Shown here piece by piece: positions 1 to 12,672 of a DNA stretch of 64,000 nucleotides. The stretch covers positions 1,883 to 65,882 of the forward strand of contig CAYWGW010000002.1 of the NCBI GenBank assembly GCA_964457385.1. Reading direction: 5' to 3'. Origin of the DNA: an uncultured Spirochaetaceae bacterium. Its GTDB lineage: Bacteria > Myxococcota_A > UBA9160 > UBA4427. The position numbers and the translations under genes are program-made. Within the stretch, counting starts at the first letter, position 1. Every line of letters begins with the position of its first letter. The notes beneath the pieces are model-generated. The model made no database searches and had not been told where the DNA came from. It was given only the letters and a program-made list of their open reading frames with translations.

Positions 1-1
1 G

Positions 2-313
2 TTCCGCTACGACCCCCGACCCGATTGGCATTTCGACCTCATCGGTCGCTGGAATCAGCGGCAGACCCTGTCGGACATCGACCTGACGGGATTCGCCGGC
101 ACCGTGGCCAATCAGAACGACTCCCAGATCTTTCAGGCCCAGGCTCGAGCATCCCATCGGTTGACCAAGCGCGTCTCCATACGTGCGGACTTCACCTACC
201 AGAACCAGCAGACGGAGCAGGACGCTTCCTTCCTGGGCTCCGGCTCGAGGACGGTGGAGACCTTCTCGGGCTTCGTCTCCCTCGTCTACACCTTCGATCC
301 CTGGATCTTCTAG
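2..313 (+). CDS. 3' end of an outer-membrane beta-barrel protein (5' truncated by window edge), EPS-locus associated
   Basis: Frame 2 is open from the window edge to TAG at 311-313. It shows an alternating beta-strand-like pattern and ends ...VSLVYTFDPWIF with a C-terminal Phe typical of OM barrels. It lies 15 nt upstream of the chain-length-determinant gene. Confidence 0.5.
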   Translation, partial: FRYDPRPDWHFDLIGRWNQRQTLSDIDLTGFAGTVANQNDSQIFQAQARASHRLTKRVSIRADFTYQNQQTEQDASFLGSGSRTVETFSGFVSLVYTFDPWIF

Positions 314-328
314 GGTGGGTACGGAATC

Positions 329-1981
329 ATGAACGCAGAACAAGGCTTTCAGCTCTCGGATCTCTTCGGCATGGCGCGGCGACGGGGCAAGCTCGTCGCG
401 GTCGTCGCGGGGGTCGTCATCCTGGCGACCTTCTGGATCTCGATGGCGCTCCCGAATCTCTACATGTCCTACGCGACGATCCTCGTCGAGCCCCAGTCGA
501 TCGACGAGTCGCTCGTGAACGCGGGCGTGCGGGAGAGCGACCTGAACATGCGACTGGGCCTGATGACCGCGGAGATCCTCTCCCGGGGCCGACTCTCGAA
601 GATCATCGACGAGTTCGATCTCTACCAGGACGAATCCAAGGACATGGAGCGCCAGGAGGTGATCGACCTGATGCGCAGCTACGTCTCGGTGGAGCCCGTC
701 CTGAACGAGCTCGAGACCGGCAATCGACGCAACCGGGACGTCGAGTTCAACACCTTCAAGATCATCTACCGCAACGAGAATCGAAGGCTCGCTGCCGCCG
801 TCGCCCAGCGCATCGCCCAGGACTTCATCAACGCGAACATCCAGGCCCGCACCACCGTGACCAGCAAGAGCCTCGAGTTCATGGAGGACGAGATGGCGTC
901 GCTTTCGGAGCAGGTCGCGCGGGTGGAGAAGGCGATCGCCGAGGTCAAGGCCTTGAACGCCGGTCGTCTCCCCGAGGACATGGATGCGAACCAGCGCATG
1001 CTGCAGTTCGCGATGGCGGATCTGCGGGATGCCCAGCGCGTCTTCGACAGCGCCCGCAGCGACGCCGCCTTCTGGAAGAGCCAGGCGTTGACGGCCTCGA
1101 CGATGAGCTCGCCCGGAGACCAGAACAGTCCCGGCTATCGTCGGCGTGCGCTGGAGCTCGAGCTCGGCAACATGGTCGCCCGGGGCTTCACGGAGAAGCA
1201 TCCCGACGTGGTGCGCGTTCAGTCGGAGATCGCGCTGCTCGAGGAGCAGCTGAGTCGCGAGCCGGCCGAGAAAACGGAAGAGGGCGCGGAGCCGGCGCCC
1301 AGCTCGGTCGCGGAGCAGAACGCGCGCTCGGAGCAGAGGCGCGCGGAGCTGCGGGCGGAGTCGGCCAGCCAGGACGTCGCGCGTCTGCGGGAGGTCGTGG
1401 CGGATCTCGAGGCCCGGATCGCGGCGACACCGGCGGTGGCGGAGAGCCTGGACGCCCTGAATCGTCAATACGCGCATCTTTCCGAGACCTATCAGGACTT
1501 CAGTCGGCGGCGTCAGCAGGCCGGCGTCCAGGCCGATCTGGAGCGACGCCAGCTCGGCGAGAAGTTCCGGATCCTCGAGTCGGCCTTCGAGGCGCCGGCG
1601 CCGAGCTCGCCCAATCGCATCCTGCTGCTGGTGCTCGGGACGATCCTAGGGCTCGGGCTGGGAATGGGCATCGGGGTACTGGCCGAGGTCGCGGATACCT
1701 CGATCCACACCTCGAACGAGCTGCAGACGGCGCTCGGGATTCCGGTGCTCGTTTCGGTCCCGCGCATCATGCTCGAGTCGGATCGGGTAGCCCGGACGCG
1801 TCGGATCTGGCGGGAGGGCCTCGCCGCCGCGGCCGTCGTGCTCTTCTGCCTGGTCGGCGGAGGCGCGACCTATCTGCTCGTCAATGGCGGGGCAGGAGAA
1901 GCCTCCGAGACCGAGCAGCGAGCGCCCGCCGGTCCCGACGCGCGTGCGAACCCGGGCGTCGCCCTGGCGCCGCGCGGGTAG
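329..1981 (+). CDS. Polysaccharide chain-length determinant / polysaccharide co-polymerase (Wzz/GumC-like, PEP-CTERM-locus type)
   Basis: 550 aa. N-terminal TM (VAVVAGVVILATFWISMAL) is followed by a PNLYMSYATILVEP Wzz-like motif and a long coiled-coil periplasmic region. A C-terminal TM (ILLLVLGTILGLGLGMGIGVL) closes the protein. Confidence 0.8.
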   Translation: MNAEQGFQLSDLFGMARRRGKLVAVVAGVVILATFWISMALPNLYMSYATILVEPQSIDESLVNAGVRESDLNMRLGLMTAEILSRGRLSKIIDEFDLYQDESKDMERQEVIDLMRSYVSVEPVLNELETGNRRNRDVEFNTFKIIYRNENRRLAAAVAQRIAQDFINANIQARTTVTSKSLEFMEDEMASLSEQVARVEKAIAEVKALNAGRLPEDMDANQRMLQFAMADLRDAQRVFDSARSDAAFWKSQALTASTMSSPGDQNSPGYRRRALELELGNMVARGFTEKHPDVVRVQSEIALLEEQLSREPAEKTEEGAEPAPSSVAEQNARSEQRRAELRAESASQDVARLREVVADLEARIAATPAVAESLDALNRQYAHLSETYQDFSRRRQQAGVQADLERRQLGEKFRILESAFEAPAPSSPNRILLLVLGTILGLGLGMGIGVLAEVADTSIHTSNELQTALGIPVLVSVPRIMLESDRVARTRRIWREGLAAAAVVLFCLVGGGATYLLVNGGAGEASETEQRAPAGPDARANPGVALAPRG

Positions 1982-1994
1982 GGGAGCAGTCGTC

Positions 1995-2897
1995 ATGTAC
2001 GCCGAGTACTACGGGCTGGTCCGCCCGCCCTTCGAGATGACGCCCGATCCGTCGTTCCTCTATCTGGGGGAGGCGCATCGCGAGGGGCTGGCGACGCTCG
2101 TCTACGGGGTGAACTCGGGCAAGGGCTTCGTGATGCTGACGGGCGAGGTGGGTACGGGCAAGACGACCCTGCTGCACGCCCTGCTCGGACAGCTCGACTC
2201 TTCCACGAACTCGGCCTTTCTCTTCAATCCCCGCCTGGATCCCCTCGGCTTCTTTCGCGTGCTCTTCGACGAACTCGGCATCGGCCCCCCTTGCGCCTCC
2301 AAAGCCGAGTACCTGCTCGAGCTCAATCGCTATCTGATCGAGAAGCTGGCCGCGGGCGAGCGGGTGCTGCTGATCATCGACGAGGCGCAGAACCTGTCGG
2401 CCGAGATGCTCGAAGAGATCCGGCTGCTCTCGAATCTCGAGACGCCGACCTCGAAGCTGATCCAGATCATGCTGGTGGGGCAGCCGGAGCTCCAGTCCCT
2501 GATCTCCCAGCCCGAGCTGCGCCAGCTGCGGCAGCGGATCGCCCTGCGACATCATCTCCGCCCCTTCGACGAGCGCGAGGTCGTCGAGTACGTCGAGGGC
2601 CGGCTGGCGAAGGCGGGCTACACGGGCCGGGGGCTGTTCAAGAAGAAGGCGCTGCGCGAGCTCTATCGGATGACCGAAGGCACGCCGCGTCTCATCAACA
2701 TCGTCTGCGACGGGGCCCTGCTGCTCGGCTACGCCCGTCAGGAGACGCAGCTCGGAGGCGACGTGATCCGCGAGGTGGCCCACGACCTGGGCCTTCTCTC
2801 GAAGGATGACATCGAGGACGCCGACCACCATCAGATGACTGCCGAGAAGCCTCGACGGCGACGACTGCGACTCGGCTGGAGCGGATTCCGACGCTAG
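1995..2897 (+). CDS. ExeA/GspA-like AAA ATPase (XrtA/PEP-CTERM-locus associated ATPase type)
   Basis: MYAEYYGLVRPPFEMTPDPSFLYLGEAHREGLATL opening typical of ExeA/MshM. Walker A is GEVGTGKT and Walker B is VLLIIDEAQNL. ATG at 1995 is preceded by GGGGAG. The track ORF from 1884 overlaps the upstream gene, so the shorter start is preferred. Confidence 0.8.
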   Translation: MYAEYYGLVRPPFEMTPDPSFLYLGEAHREGLATLVYGVNSGKGFVMLTGEVGTGKTTLLHALLGQLDSSTNSAFLFNPRLDPLGFFRVLFDELGIGPPCASKAEYLLELNRYLIEKLAAGERVLLIIDEAQNLSAEMLEEIRLLSNLETPTSKLIQIMLVGQPELQSLISQPELRQLRQRIALRHHLRPFDEREVVEYVEGRLAKAGYTGRGLFKKKALRELYRMTEGTPRLINIVCDGALLLGYARQETQLGGDVIREVAHDLGLLSKDDIEDADHHQMTAEKPRRRRLRLGWSGFRR

Positions 2898-2930
2898 TCG
2901 GTTTCCGGACGAGACCGAGGGAGAAGAGAG

Positions 2931-5931
<3,001 letters not shown>

Positions 5932-6034
5932 GGTCGAATGGCGGTGGAGCGCGGGGAGCCCGGGAGCCCGGACCTTCGCGTCGCGCCCTCGCGCTCCTTG
6001 GATGGGTCGGCGCACGGGTCGGAGGAATTCACAC

Positions 6035-7351
6035 ATGAACGTCACGGTGATTGGAACGGGCTACGTGGGACTGGTGACGGGGGCCTGCTTCTCGGAGTTC
6101 GGTGTCCAGGTGACCTGTGTCGACAAGCTCGAAGAGAAGATCGAGGCGCTCCGCCGCGGCGAGATCCCGATCTACGAGCCCGGCCTGGACGAGCTGGTCG
6201 CCCGAAACGTGCGGGCCGAACGACTCTCCTTCACCACCGATCTGGACGAGGCCGTCGCCAACGGGCTGGTGCTCTTCGTTGCCGTGGGGACCCCCGCCAC
6301 GAGTGACGGCAGTACCGATCTGAGCTTCGTCGAGTCCGCGGCGCGGGAGATCGGCCAGCGGCTGGATGGCTACAAGGTGATCGTCACCAAGAGCACCGTG
6401 CCCGTCGGGACTGCGGACAGGGTTCGGGGCTGGGTCCAGGAGGAGCTCGACGCGCGCGGGGTCCGGATCCGCTTCAGCGTGGCCTCGAATCCGGAGTTCC
6501 TGCGCGAGGGCGCGGCGATCGGCGACTTCATGCGCCCGGATCGCGTCGTGATCGGCACGGACGAGGGGGACGACCATGCCAAGGCGATCCTCAAGGACCT
6601 GTATCGGCCCCTCTACCTGAACGAGACGCCTTTCGTAGAGACCGACGTGCGCACCGCCGAGCTCGCGAAATACGCGGGCAACGCCTTCCTGGCGACCAAG
6701 ATCTCCTTCATCAACGAGATGTCGATGATCTGCGAGGAGGTCGGGGGCGACGTCCAGGCGATTGCTCGCGCGATGGGACTCGATCAGCGGATCGGGAAGA
6801 AGTTCCTGCACGCCGGTCCGGGCTTCGGCGGATCCTGCTTCCCGAAGGATACCCGTTCCGCGGTTCATTTTGCTCGGGAGCTGGGCCTCGAGCTGTCGAT
6901 CGTCGAGGCGGCGATCGCGGCCAACACACGTCAGCGGCTCCGCATGATCGACAAGATCGCCGCGGCCCTCGACGGTGCGGTCGACGGCAAGTCGATCGCC
7001 GTACTCGGTCTGGCATTCAAGCCCGAGACCAACGACATGCGCGAGGCGCCTTCGATCGACATCATCCGCGGGCTGCTGGATCGCGGGGCCCGGATCCGCG
7101 CCTTCGATCCGGCCGCGATGGCGGAGGCCGGCCGACTGATTCCCGAGATGACGCTCTGCAAGGATGCCTACGAGGCCTGCCAGGATGCCGATGCGCTCGT
7201 GATCATCACGGAGTGGAACCAGTTCCGGATGCTCGACCTCGGACGGGTGAAGGAACGACTGGCGGAGCCCCGGATGATCGATCTGCGAAACGTCTATGGG
7301 CGCGAGCGCATGGAGGCGGCCGGCTTCCTCTACTGGGGAGTGGGCTGCTGA
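6035..7351 (+). CDS. ugd: UDP-glucose 6-dehydrogenase
   Basis: MNVTVIGTGYVGLVTGACF Rossmann start, GGSCFPKD catalytic Cys motif, full length about 438 aa. GGAGGA lies upstream of ATG 6035. Confidence 0.9.
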   Translation: MNVTVIGTGYVGLVTGACFSEFGVQVTCVDKLEEKIEALRRGEIPIYEPGLDELVARNVRAERLSFTTDLDEAVANGLVLFVAVGTPATSDGSTDLSFVESAAREIGQRLDGYKVIVTKSTVPVGTADRVRGWVQEELDARGVRIRFSVASNPEFLREGAAIGDFMRPDRVVIGTDEGDDHAKAILKDLYRPLYLNETPFVETDVRTAELAKYAGNAFLATKISFINEMSMICEEVGGDVQAIARAMGLDQRIGKKFLHAGPGFGGSCFPKDTRSAVHFARELGLELSIVEAAIAANTRQRLRMIDKIAAALDGAVDGKSIAVLGLAFKPETNDMREAPSIDIIRGLLDRGARIRAFDPAAMAEAGRLIPEMTLCKDAYEACQDADALVIITEWNQFRMLDLGRVKERLAEPRMIDLRNVYGRERMEAAGFLYWGVGC

Positions 7352-7411
7352 GGACCCGATGGCCTCCCATCCGGAGCCGCCGCGCGAGATTTCATGAGCC
7401 CCGAGGGGTTG

Positions 7412-7427
7412 TGTGACCCTGGTCACT
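7412..7427 (+). promoter_or_regulatory. CRP/FNR-type palindrome TGTGA-N6-TCACT
   Basis: Sequence is tgtgaccctggtcact, matching 9/10 of TGTGA-N6-TCACA. It sits in the ugd-crp spacer about 160-175 nt upstream of the Crp/Fnr-family gene start. Confidence 0.4.
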
Positions 7428-7588
7428 AAGCATGGGCTCGACCTCGACGTACGATCCAGGGTGTGGGGTGCGGGATTGGAGGAGGGATGGGAGGCGGAAT
7501 CCAGGGTGGATGCCGTCTCGGGCCTCGAGATACGAAGGCGGAGCCCCGATGAGGCACCTGGCGCCGGATCGTCGCAACCTCCACGAGG

Positions 7589-8272
7589 ATGGCCATGAGT
7601 ACCACCAGCAGGATTCGTAAGGATGTCCTGGAATCGCTCCGCGGGATTCCACTGTTTCGACGGGTCTCGGAGGGAGATCTGGAGGAGCTCGCGACCCACC
7701 TGATCGAACGCCGGTTCCCGAAGAACGCGACGGTGGTCGAGGAGGGATTGCCCGGCGACTACATGTACGTGATCCGCGAGGGCCGCGTGAAGGTGACGAA
7801 GGCCTCCGAGGACGGCCGCGAGAAGATCATGAATTTTCTCGAGAGAGGGGCATTCTTCGGAGACATGGCCCTGCTCGGCAACGAGATGCGCTCGGCCAGC
7901 GTGAAGACCCTCGAGGAGTCGTTGCTGCTGGCACTCTCCAGGCGCGACTTCATCGATCTGCTCCGCCAGAGTCCGGACCTCTCGCTCGCGGTAATCGAGG
8001 AACTCGCCAACCGCTTGCGCGAGACCAACGAGCAGGCGCGCTCTCTCTCCTTCCAGGGCGTCGAGGAACGGACGCGCAGCCTGCTCGAGAGGATTGCCCG
8101 CCCCGATCCGCGGGCCCAGGGCGTGCGCATGACGCCGGTGCTCACCCATCAGCAGATTGCCGACATGGTCGGGACCTCGCGCGAAACCGTGACCCGGGCG
8201 ATCAAACAGCTGAAGGAGTCCGGCTGGCTCAGCCAGGAGGGCAAGCGCTACGTGGTGCGCGACGAGCATTGA
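7589..8272 (+). CDS. Crp/Fnr family transcriptional regulator (cNMP-binding domain + C-terminal HTH)
   Basis: cNMP-binding fold (YVIREGRVKVT, FFGDMALL, RSASVKT) and HTH (THQQIADMVGTSRETVTRAIKQLKESG). GAGGA lies 5 nt upstream of the ATG. Confidence 0.9.
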   Translation: MAMSTTSRIRKDVLESLRGIPLFRRVSEGDLEELATHLIERRFPKNATVVEEGLPGDYMYVIREGRVKVTKASEDGREKIMNFLERGAFFGDMALLGNEMRSASVKTLEESLLLALSRRDFIDLLRQSPDLSLAVIEELANRLRETNEQARSLSFQGVEERTRSLLERIARPDPRAQGVRMTPVLTHQQIADMVGTSRETVTRAIKQLKESGWLSQEGKRYVVRDEH

Positions 8273-8470
8273 TCCCCGGCCGAGAGCCCGAGCCGAGTTC
8301 GCGCACACCGATCCACGCCGAGTGGCGGATCCAAAGCTCGCTCGTGTGGCAGCGCTCGCCGGGATACAGCACTCTTCCAGCCCTACTCGAGTTCCCCTTG
8401 GGATCCGGTCTTACGGAGCCGGCGTAGCAGGGAATCGAGCGAGGACATATCAGGGCATAAAGGACTCATC

Positions 8471-11047
8471 GTGACCCCTCAAGGATCCACGCGCCTTCAC
8501 TGGCTCACCTCTCCCGTCGCTCGTATCGGCCTGGTAGTGGCCCTGGCTCTGGGCGGAGCCATCGGCTGTGGCAGTGACGAGGAACGGCTGTCCCGGTTCA
8601 TGGAACGGGGCGACGAGTACGTAGAAGCCGATCAGTTCGAAGAGGCGATCATCGAGTTCAAGAACGCGCTGCAGGTCGATCCGAACCACGCGCCTGCGCA
8701 CGAAGCCCTTTCGTTGGCGTATCTCGAGGTCAAGAAGCCGCGAGAGGCCTACTGGGAGATGTCGGAGACCGTTCGACTCGATCCCGACAACATCGATGCG
8801 CGGCTCCGGTACGGGACGATCGCGGCTGCCGTCGGAGACTACGAGCTCTCGCGGGAGCAGGCCGAGGCCGTGCTCGAACGCAAGCCCGACAGTCCCCAGG
8901 CTCACGTCCTGCGGGCCCAGGCGCGCGCCGCAGAGAACGACCTCGAGGGCGCGGAGGAGGACTACCTCGCCGCCATCGAGTCCGATCCGGAGGGTCCCGC
9001 CTACCGGTTCCTGCTGGCCAGCTTCTACGAGCGCCAACAGCGACCCGAGGATGCCGAGCGCGTCGCCCGTGCGATGCTGGATCTCGAGCCGAGCTACCTG
9101 GCGGCCTCGACGTTGGCCCGGCTGGTGATGGCGGACGGAGAGCGGGATGCCGAGGCCCAACGGCTGCTCGAGCGGGCCGTCGAGCTGGCTCACGAGGCGC
9201 CCGTCGAGGCGGTCGAGCGCGATCCGAAACAGACGGGTGGCACGGCGTCCCTGATTCCGAACGTGAAGCGCGCCGAGGCCGTCGCTTCGGCGTACATCAT
9301 GCTCTCGGCCTTCCACTATGATCGGGATCGTTTCGAGCGTTCGATCGAGGTCCTCGAGGAGGGTGCGGAGAGGGCGGAGAAGAAGACCGACCTGATCTAC
9401 CAGATGGCCCGCCTCTACCGGCTGAAGGGGCAGGAGGAGAAAGCGGATGAGCTGATCCGTCGGGCCACGACGGCCGCACCGGACGATCCGAATCCGCAGC
9501 TCGTGCTCTCCGCCTATCTGGGCTCCCAGGGTGATCTCGAGGGAGCCCTCGAGGCCGCTCGGGCCGCGGTGGCGATCGCGCCCGGTAATCGATCCGCCCG
9601 TCTGCGCGAGGCGGAGCTGCTGGTCGACATCGGCTACCGCGATGGGGATGACGCGTCGATCCAGGCCGGGCGCGCGATCGTGGACGACGTGCTCGACCAG
9701 GAGCCGAGCAACCCGGCGGCGAACTTCGTGCGCGCCAAGATCGAGCTGTCCGAGAACGATCTGAAGGCAGCGCAGCAATCCCTGGAGACCGTGCTCCAGG
9801 CGCGGCCGGACTTCGCGCAGGCCCGCTTCGTGCTGGGCTCGGCGCTTGCGGCAGCGGGGGATCTGGGTCGGGCGCGGAGCGAGCTGGCCCGGGCGATCGA
9901 GATCGATCCGGCGCTGAACGAGGCCCGGAAGCTCCTGACCAGGGTCCACGCGGAGCTCGGAGAACACGAGTTCGCGATCGAGCAGGGGCGCCTCTATCTC
10001 CGCCAGGTTCCGAACGACGCGGAAATCCGGATCATCGTCGGTCAGAGCCTCATCCGTGTCGGTCGTGGGGAAGACGCCTACGCAGAGGTCTCGGCGATTC
10101 CGGAAGAGGCGCGGGGCGCGGCCGCCTACTTTGCCCTGGGTCGACTCGATCTGGCCTTTGGGCGGACGGAGCTCGGGCGCGAGCGCCTGGAGCGGGCGAA
10201 CGAGATGGCCCCGGGCAATCCGCAGGTGCTGCGGACGCTGCTCGCCCTCGATCGCGAACAGGGCAAGCTCGCCCAGTCCGTCGAACGAATCGAGGCCGCG
10301 GTCGCTGAGGCCCCGGAGAGCTCCGCGCTCGTCGCGCTGCTCGGCGAGGCCCGGGTGCTTCAGGGCGATCTCGCGCAGGGCCGCGCGGATCTCGAGCGAG
10401 CCGTCGAGCTGGATCCCGCGAATACCAGCGCCCAGCTCGCGCTGGCGGATCTGGCGCGCCGCTCGGGTGACGAGGACGCGATGATCGAGGTGATCGAGCG
10501 TGCCGCCGAGGCCGCGCCGCGCTCGGCAGATCTGCAGCATCGACTCGGTCTGATCTACGAGCAGGCGGGTCGACGGGACGACGCGATTGCCGCTTACGAG
10601 AAGGCGATCGAGCTCGACGACAATCTCGTCCTCGCCAAGAACAACCTGGCGTACCTGTTGGCGGAGTCCGGCGGAGATCTCGATCGCGCGCTCGAGCTCG
10701 CGCAGCAGGCGAAGGAGCAGCTACCGGACGACCCGAACGCGGCCGATACGCTCGGCTGGGTGCTGCTGAAGCGCGGCGTGCCCTCGGCGGCGATCGGCTA
10801 TCTCGAGGAGGCCGTGGCGCGCTTCCCGAAGGAGGCGATCGAGGTCCAGGGCATCGTTCGAAACCATCTCGCCGAGGCGTACGAGCGCAATCAGCAGCCG
10901 GAGAAGGCGCTCGAGGCCAGTCGCGCCTCGGTTGGCTTCGCGGAGCAGATGATGCGGGCCGCCCGCGAGAGGGGCATCGAGGTGGCAGAACAGGACTGGG
11001 CTCGGGACGCCCGAGAGCGCATCGAACGGCTCGAAGGAGCCTCATAG
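8471..11047 (+). CDS. Large TPR-repeat lipoprotein, PrsT-like (PEP-CTERM system TPR protein type)
   Basis: 858 aa. Lipobox is ALGGAIGC. TPR repeats run throughout (e.g. EEAIIEFKNALQVDPNHAPAHEALSLAYL). GTG start with AAAGGA upstream. Confidence 0.7.
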   Translation: MTPQGSTRLHWLTSPVARIGLVVALALGGAIGCGSDEERLSRFMERGDEYVEADQFEEAIIEFKNALQVDPNHAPAHEALSLAYLEVKKPREAYWEMSETVRLDPDNIDARLRYGTIAAAVGDYELSREQAEAVLERKPDSPQAHVLRAQARAAENDLEGAEEDYLAAIESDPEGPAYRFLLASFYERQQRPEDAERVARAMLDLEPSYLAASTLARLVMADGERDAEAQRLLERAVELAHEAPVEAVERDPKQTGGTASLIPNVKRAEAVASAYIMLSAFHYDRDRFERSIEVLEEGAERAEKKTDLIYQMARLYRLKGQEEKADELIRRATTAAPDDPNPQLVLSAYLGSQGDLEGALEAARAAVAIAPGNRSARLREAELLVDIGYRDGDDASIQAGRAIVDDVLDQEPSNPAANFVRAKIELSENDLKAAQQSLETVLQARPDFAQARFVLGSALAAAGDLGRARSELARAIEIDPALNEARKLLTRVHAELGEHEFAIEQGRLYLRQVPNDAEIRIIVGQSLIRVGRGEDAYAEVSAIPEEARGAAAYFALGRLDLAFGRTELGRERLERANEMAPGNPQVLRTLLALDREQGKLAQSVERIEAAVAEAPESSALVALLGEARVLQGDLAQGRADLERAVELDPANTSAQLALADLARRSGDEDAMIEVIERAAEAAPRSADLQHRLGLIYEQAGRRDDAIAAYEKAIELDDNLVLAKNNLAYLLAESGGDLDRALELAQQAKEQLPDDPNAADTLGWVLLKRGVPSAAIGYLEEAVARFPKEAIEVQGIVRNHLAEAYERNQQPEKALEASRASVGFAEQMMRAARERGIEVAEQDWARDARERIERLEGAS

Positions 11048-11273
11048 CGCGGCCTCCCGCCCCCTGCCTCGCAGCGCACACGCCCCCCCCGCTCGTCCCT
11101 GTCGCCCGCCTCCGCTCGGGGGTGGGGGCGCCCGGGCGTGGCTCGGAATCCCAGTCAAGAGTTCCCCGTGGCGGGTCGATAGGCCCGGTCGGAGGGAAGC
11201 GTGCGCCCGAGGATGGGCGGCTTTCTCCAACCGGCAGCGCGGGAGCCTGTCGGCACGGCTTACGGAGGAAGAC

Positions 11274-12608
11274 ATGAGGCGCTGCACGTACTTTGCCGTC
11301 GTTCTGACGGCGCTCGTTCTGCCGCTGGAGGCAGTGGCTGAAGGAGATCTCGAGGTCGGGGCGCCCCCGCTCGAGCAGCCGACATCGGCTCAGGTCGAGG
11401 ATCTCGACGGGGCGACAGGCTCCGCTGTACCCGTCTCGCTGTCGCCTGCTGCGATCCCGATGGAGACTCCAACCGCTTCCGAGGCCGACGATCCTGGTCG
11501 CGTCGCGAAGCACATCGTGCTGGGTCCGGAAGGGGTCGATGATCGTGGCCGCCGCGGCCGGCTTCATACTGTTGCCCAAGGGGATACGCTCTGGGATCTC
11601 TCGGCCGCCTACCTCGGGACGCCCTGGGTCTGGCCTTCGGTCTGGACCGACAACGGCGACATCCAGAATCCGCACCTGATCCTGCCTGGCGACAAAGTCT
11701 GGATCACCGCCGACGAGATGCGCCTCGTGACCGACGTCGAGGCGGAGTCGTTCCTGGCGCCCCAGTCCGAGCCGCTCGAGACGGCCAGCTCGTCGCCGTC
11801 ACCGGCTGCCCCCGTGTCGCCGCCCGAGGAGGAAGACGCCGAGCCGATCCCCCTGGCCGCTCTGCCCGTCGAAGTCCCCGGCGCACTCGCATCCACCGGG
11901 GACGGTGATGCGATCACCGTCAGCCATCGGGATGCGATGGGGTTCTTGAGCTCGGAGCATTTCAAAGGCTCCAGCACGATCGTGGACAGTCCGGTCGAAC
12001 GGATGTTTCTAGCCCAGGGCGATCCCGTCTATCTCGGAATGGGCGAGGGGGAACTCGAGATCGGCGATCAGTTCACGATCTTCCGGGTCATCGAAGACGT
12101 TCGGGACACCGACAGCAATCGCCTCCTCGGTCATCACATCGAGACCCTGGGTTGGCTGGAGGTGACGAAGCTGACCGGGGATACCTCGGTCGCCGAGATC
12201 CGGATGAGCTACTCGGAGATCGCTCGGGGGGTTCGGGTGACTCCCCGTCCCGAGCTGCCGAGCTCCGTCACGACCCGGACCTCACCCGACGCGGTCGAGG
12301 GCAAGATCGTCTTCCTGCCCTCCGAGCGGACGATCGCAGCGGGTGGGGAATACGTGTACCTGAACCGGGGAGAGCTGCATGGCGTCGAGCTGGGCAGCGA
12401 GCTCGAGGTCTACGATTCGGGCGAAATCCTGCCGGAGCGGACCCGGAACGTCGACGTCCGAACGCCGGATCGCGTGGTTGCGCGGGTCGTCGTGGTCCGG
12501 GTTGAGCCTGAGAGCTCCGTCGCCTACGTCGTCAGCGCGGAGCGTGAGCTCGTCGTCGGAGACGTCGTCCGCCCGCGGCTGCCTAGGCTGGCGCGACACT
12601 GGCCCTGA
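11274..12608 (+). CDS. Secreted LysM peptidoglycan-binding protein (TsaP-like candidate)
   Basis: Signal peptide (MRRCTYFAVVLTALVLPLEAVA) and LysM motif HTVAQGDTLWDLSAAYLG...LILPGDKVWI. An acidic Pro-rich linker is followed by a beta-rich C-terminal half. It lies immediately upstream of dprA. Confidence 0.7.
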   Translation: MRRCTYFAVVLTALVLPLEAVAEGDLEVGAPPLEQPTSAQVEDLDGATGSAVPVSLSPAAIPMETPTASEADDPGRVAKHIVLGPEGVDDRGRRGRLHTVAQGDTLWDLSAAYLGTPWVWPSVWTDNGDIQNPHLILPGDKVWITADEMRLVTDVEAESFLAPQSEPLETASSSPSPAAPVSPPEEEDAEPIPLAALPVEVPGALASTGDGDAITVSHRDAMGFLSSEHFKGSSTIVDSPVERMFLAQGDPVYLGMGEGELEIGDQFTIFRVIEDVRDTDSNRLLGHHIETLGWLEVTKLTGDTSVAEIRMSYSEIARGVRVTPRPELPSSVTTRTSPDAVEGKIVFLPSERTIAAGGEYVYLNRGELHGVELGSELEVYDSGEILPERTRNVDVRTPDRVVARVVVVRVEPESSVAYVVSAERELVVGDVVRPRLPRLARHWP

Positions 12609-12672
12609 CGCGCTGACCCCGGGATCGCGGAGAACCGCTGGCCTGGTCGCAGGGTCCACGGGGCCGTGATGG

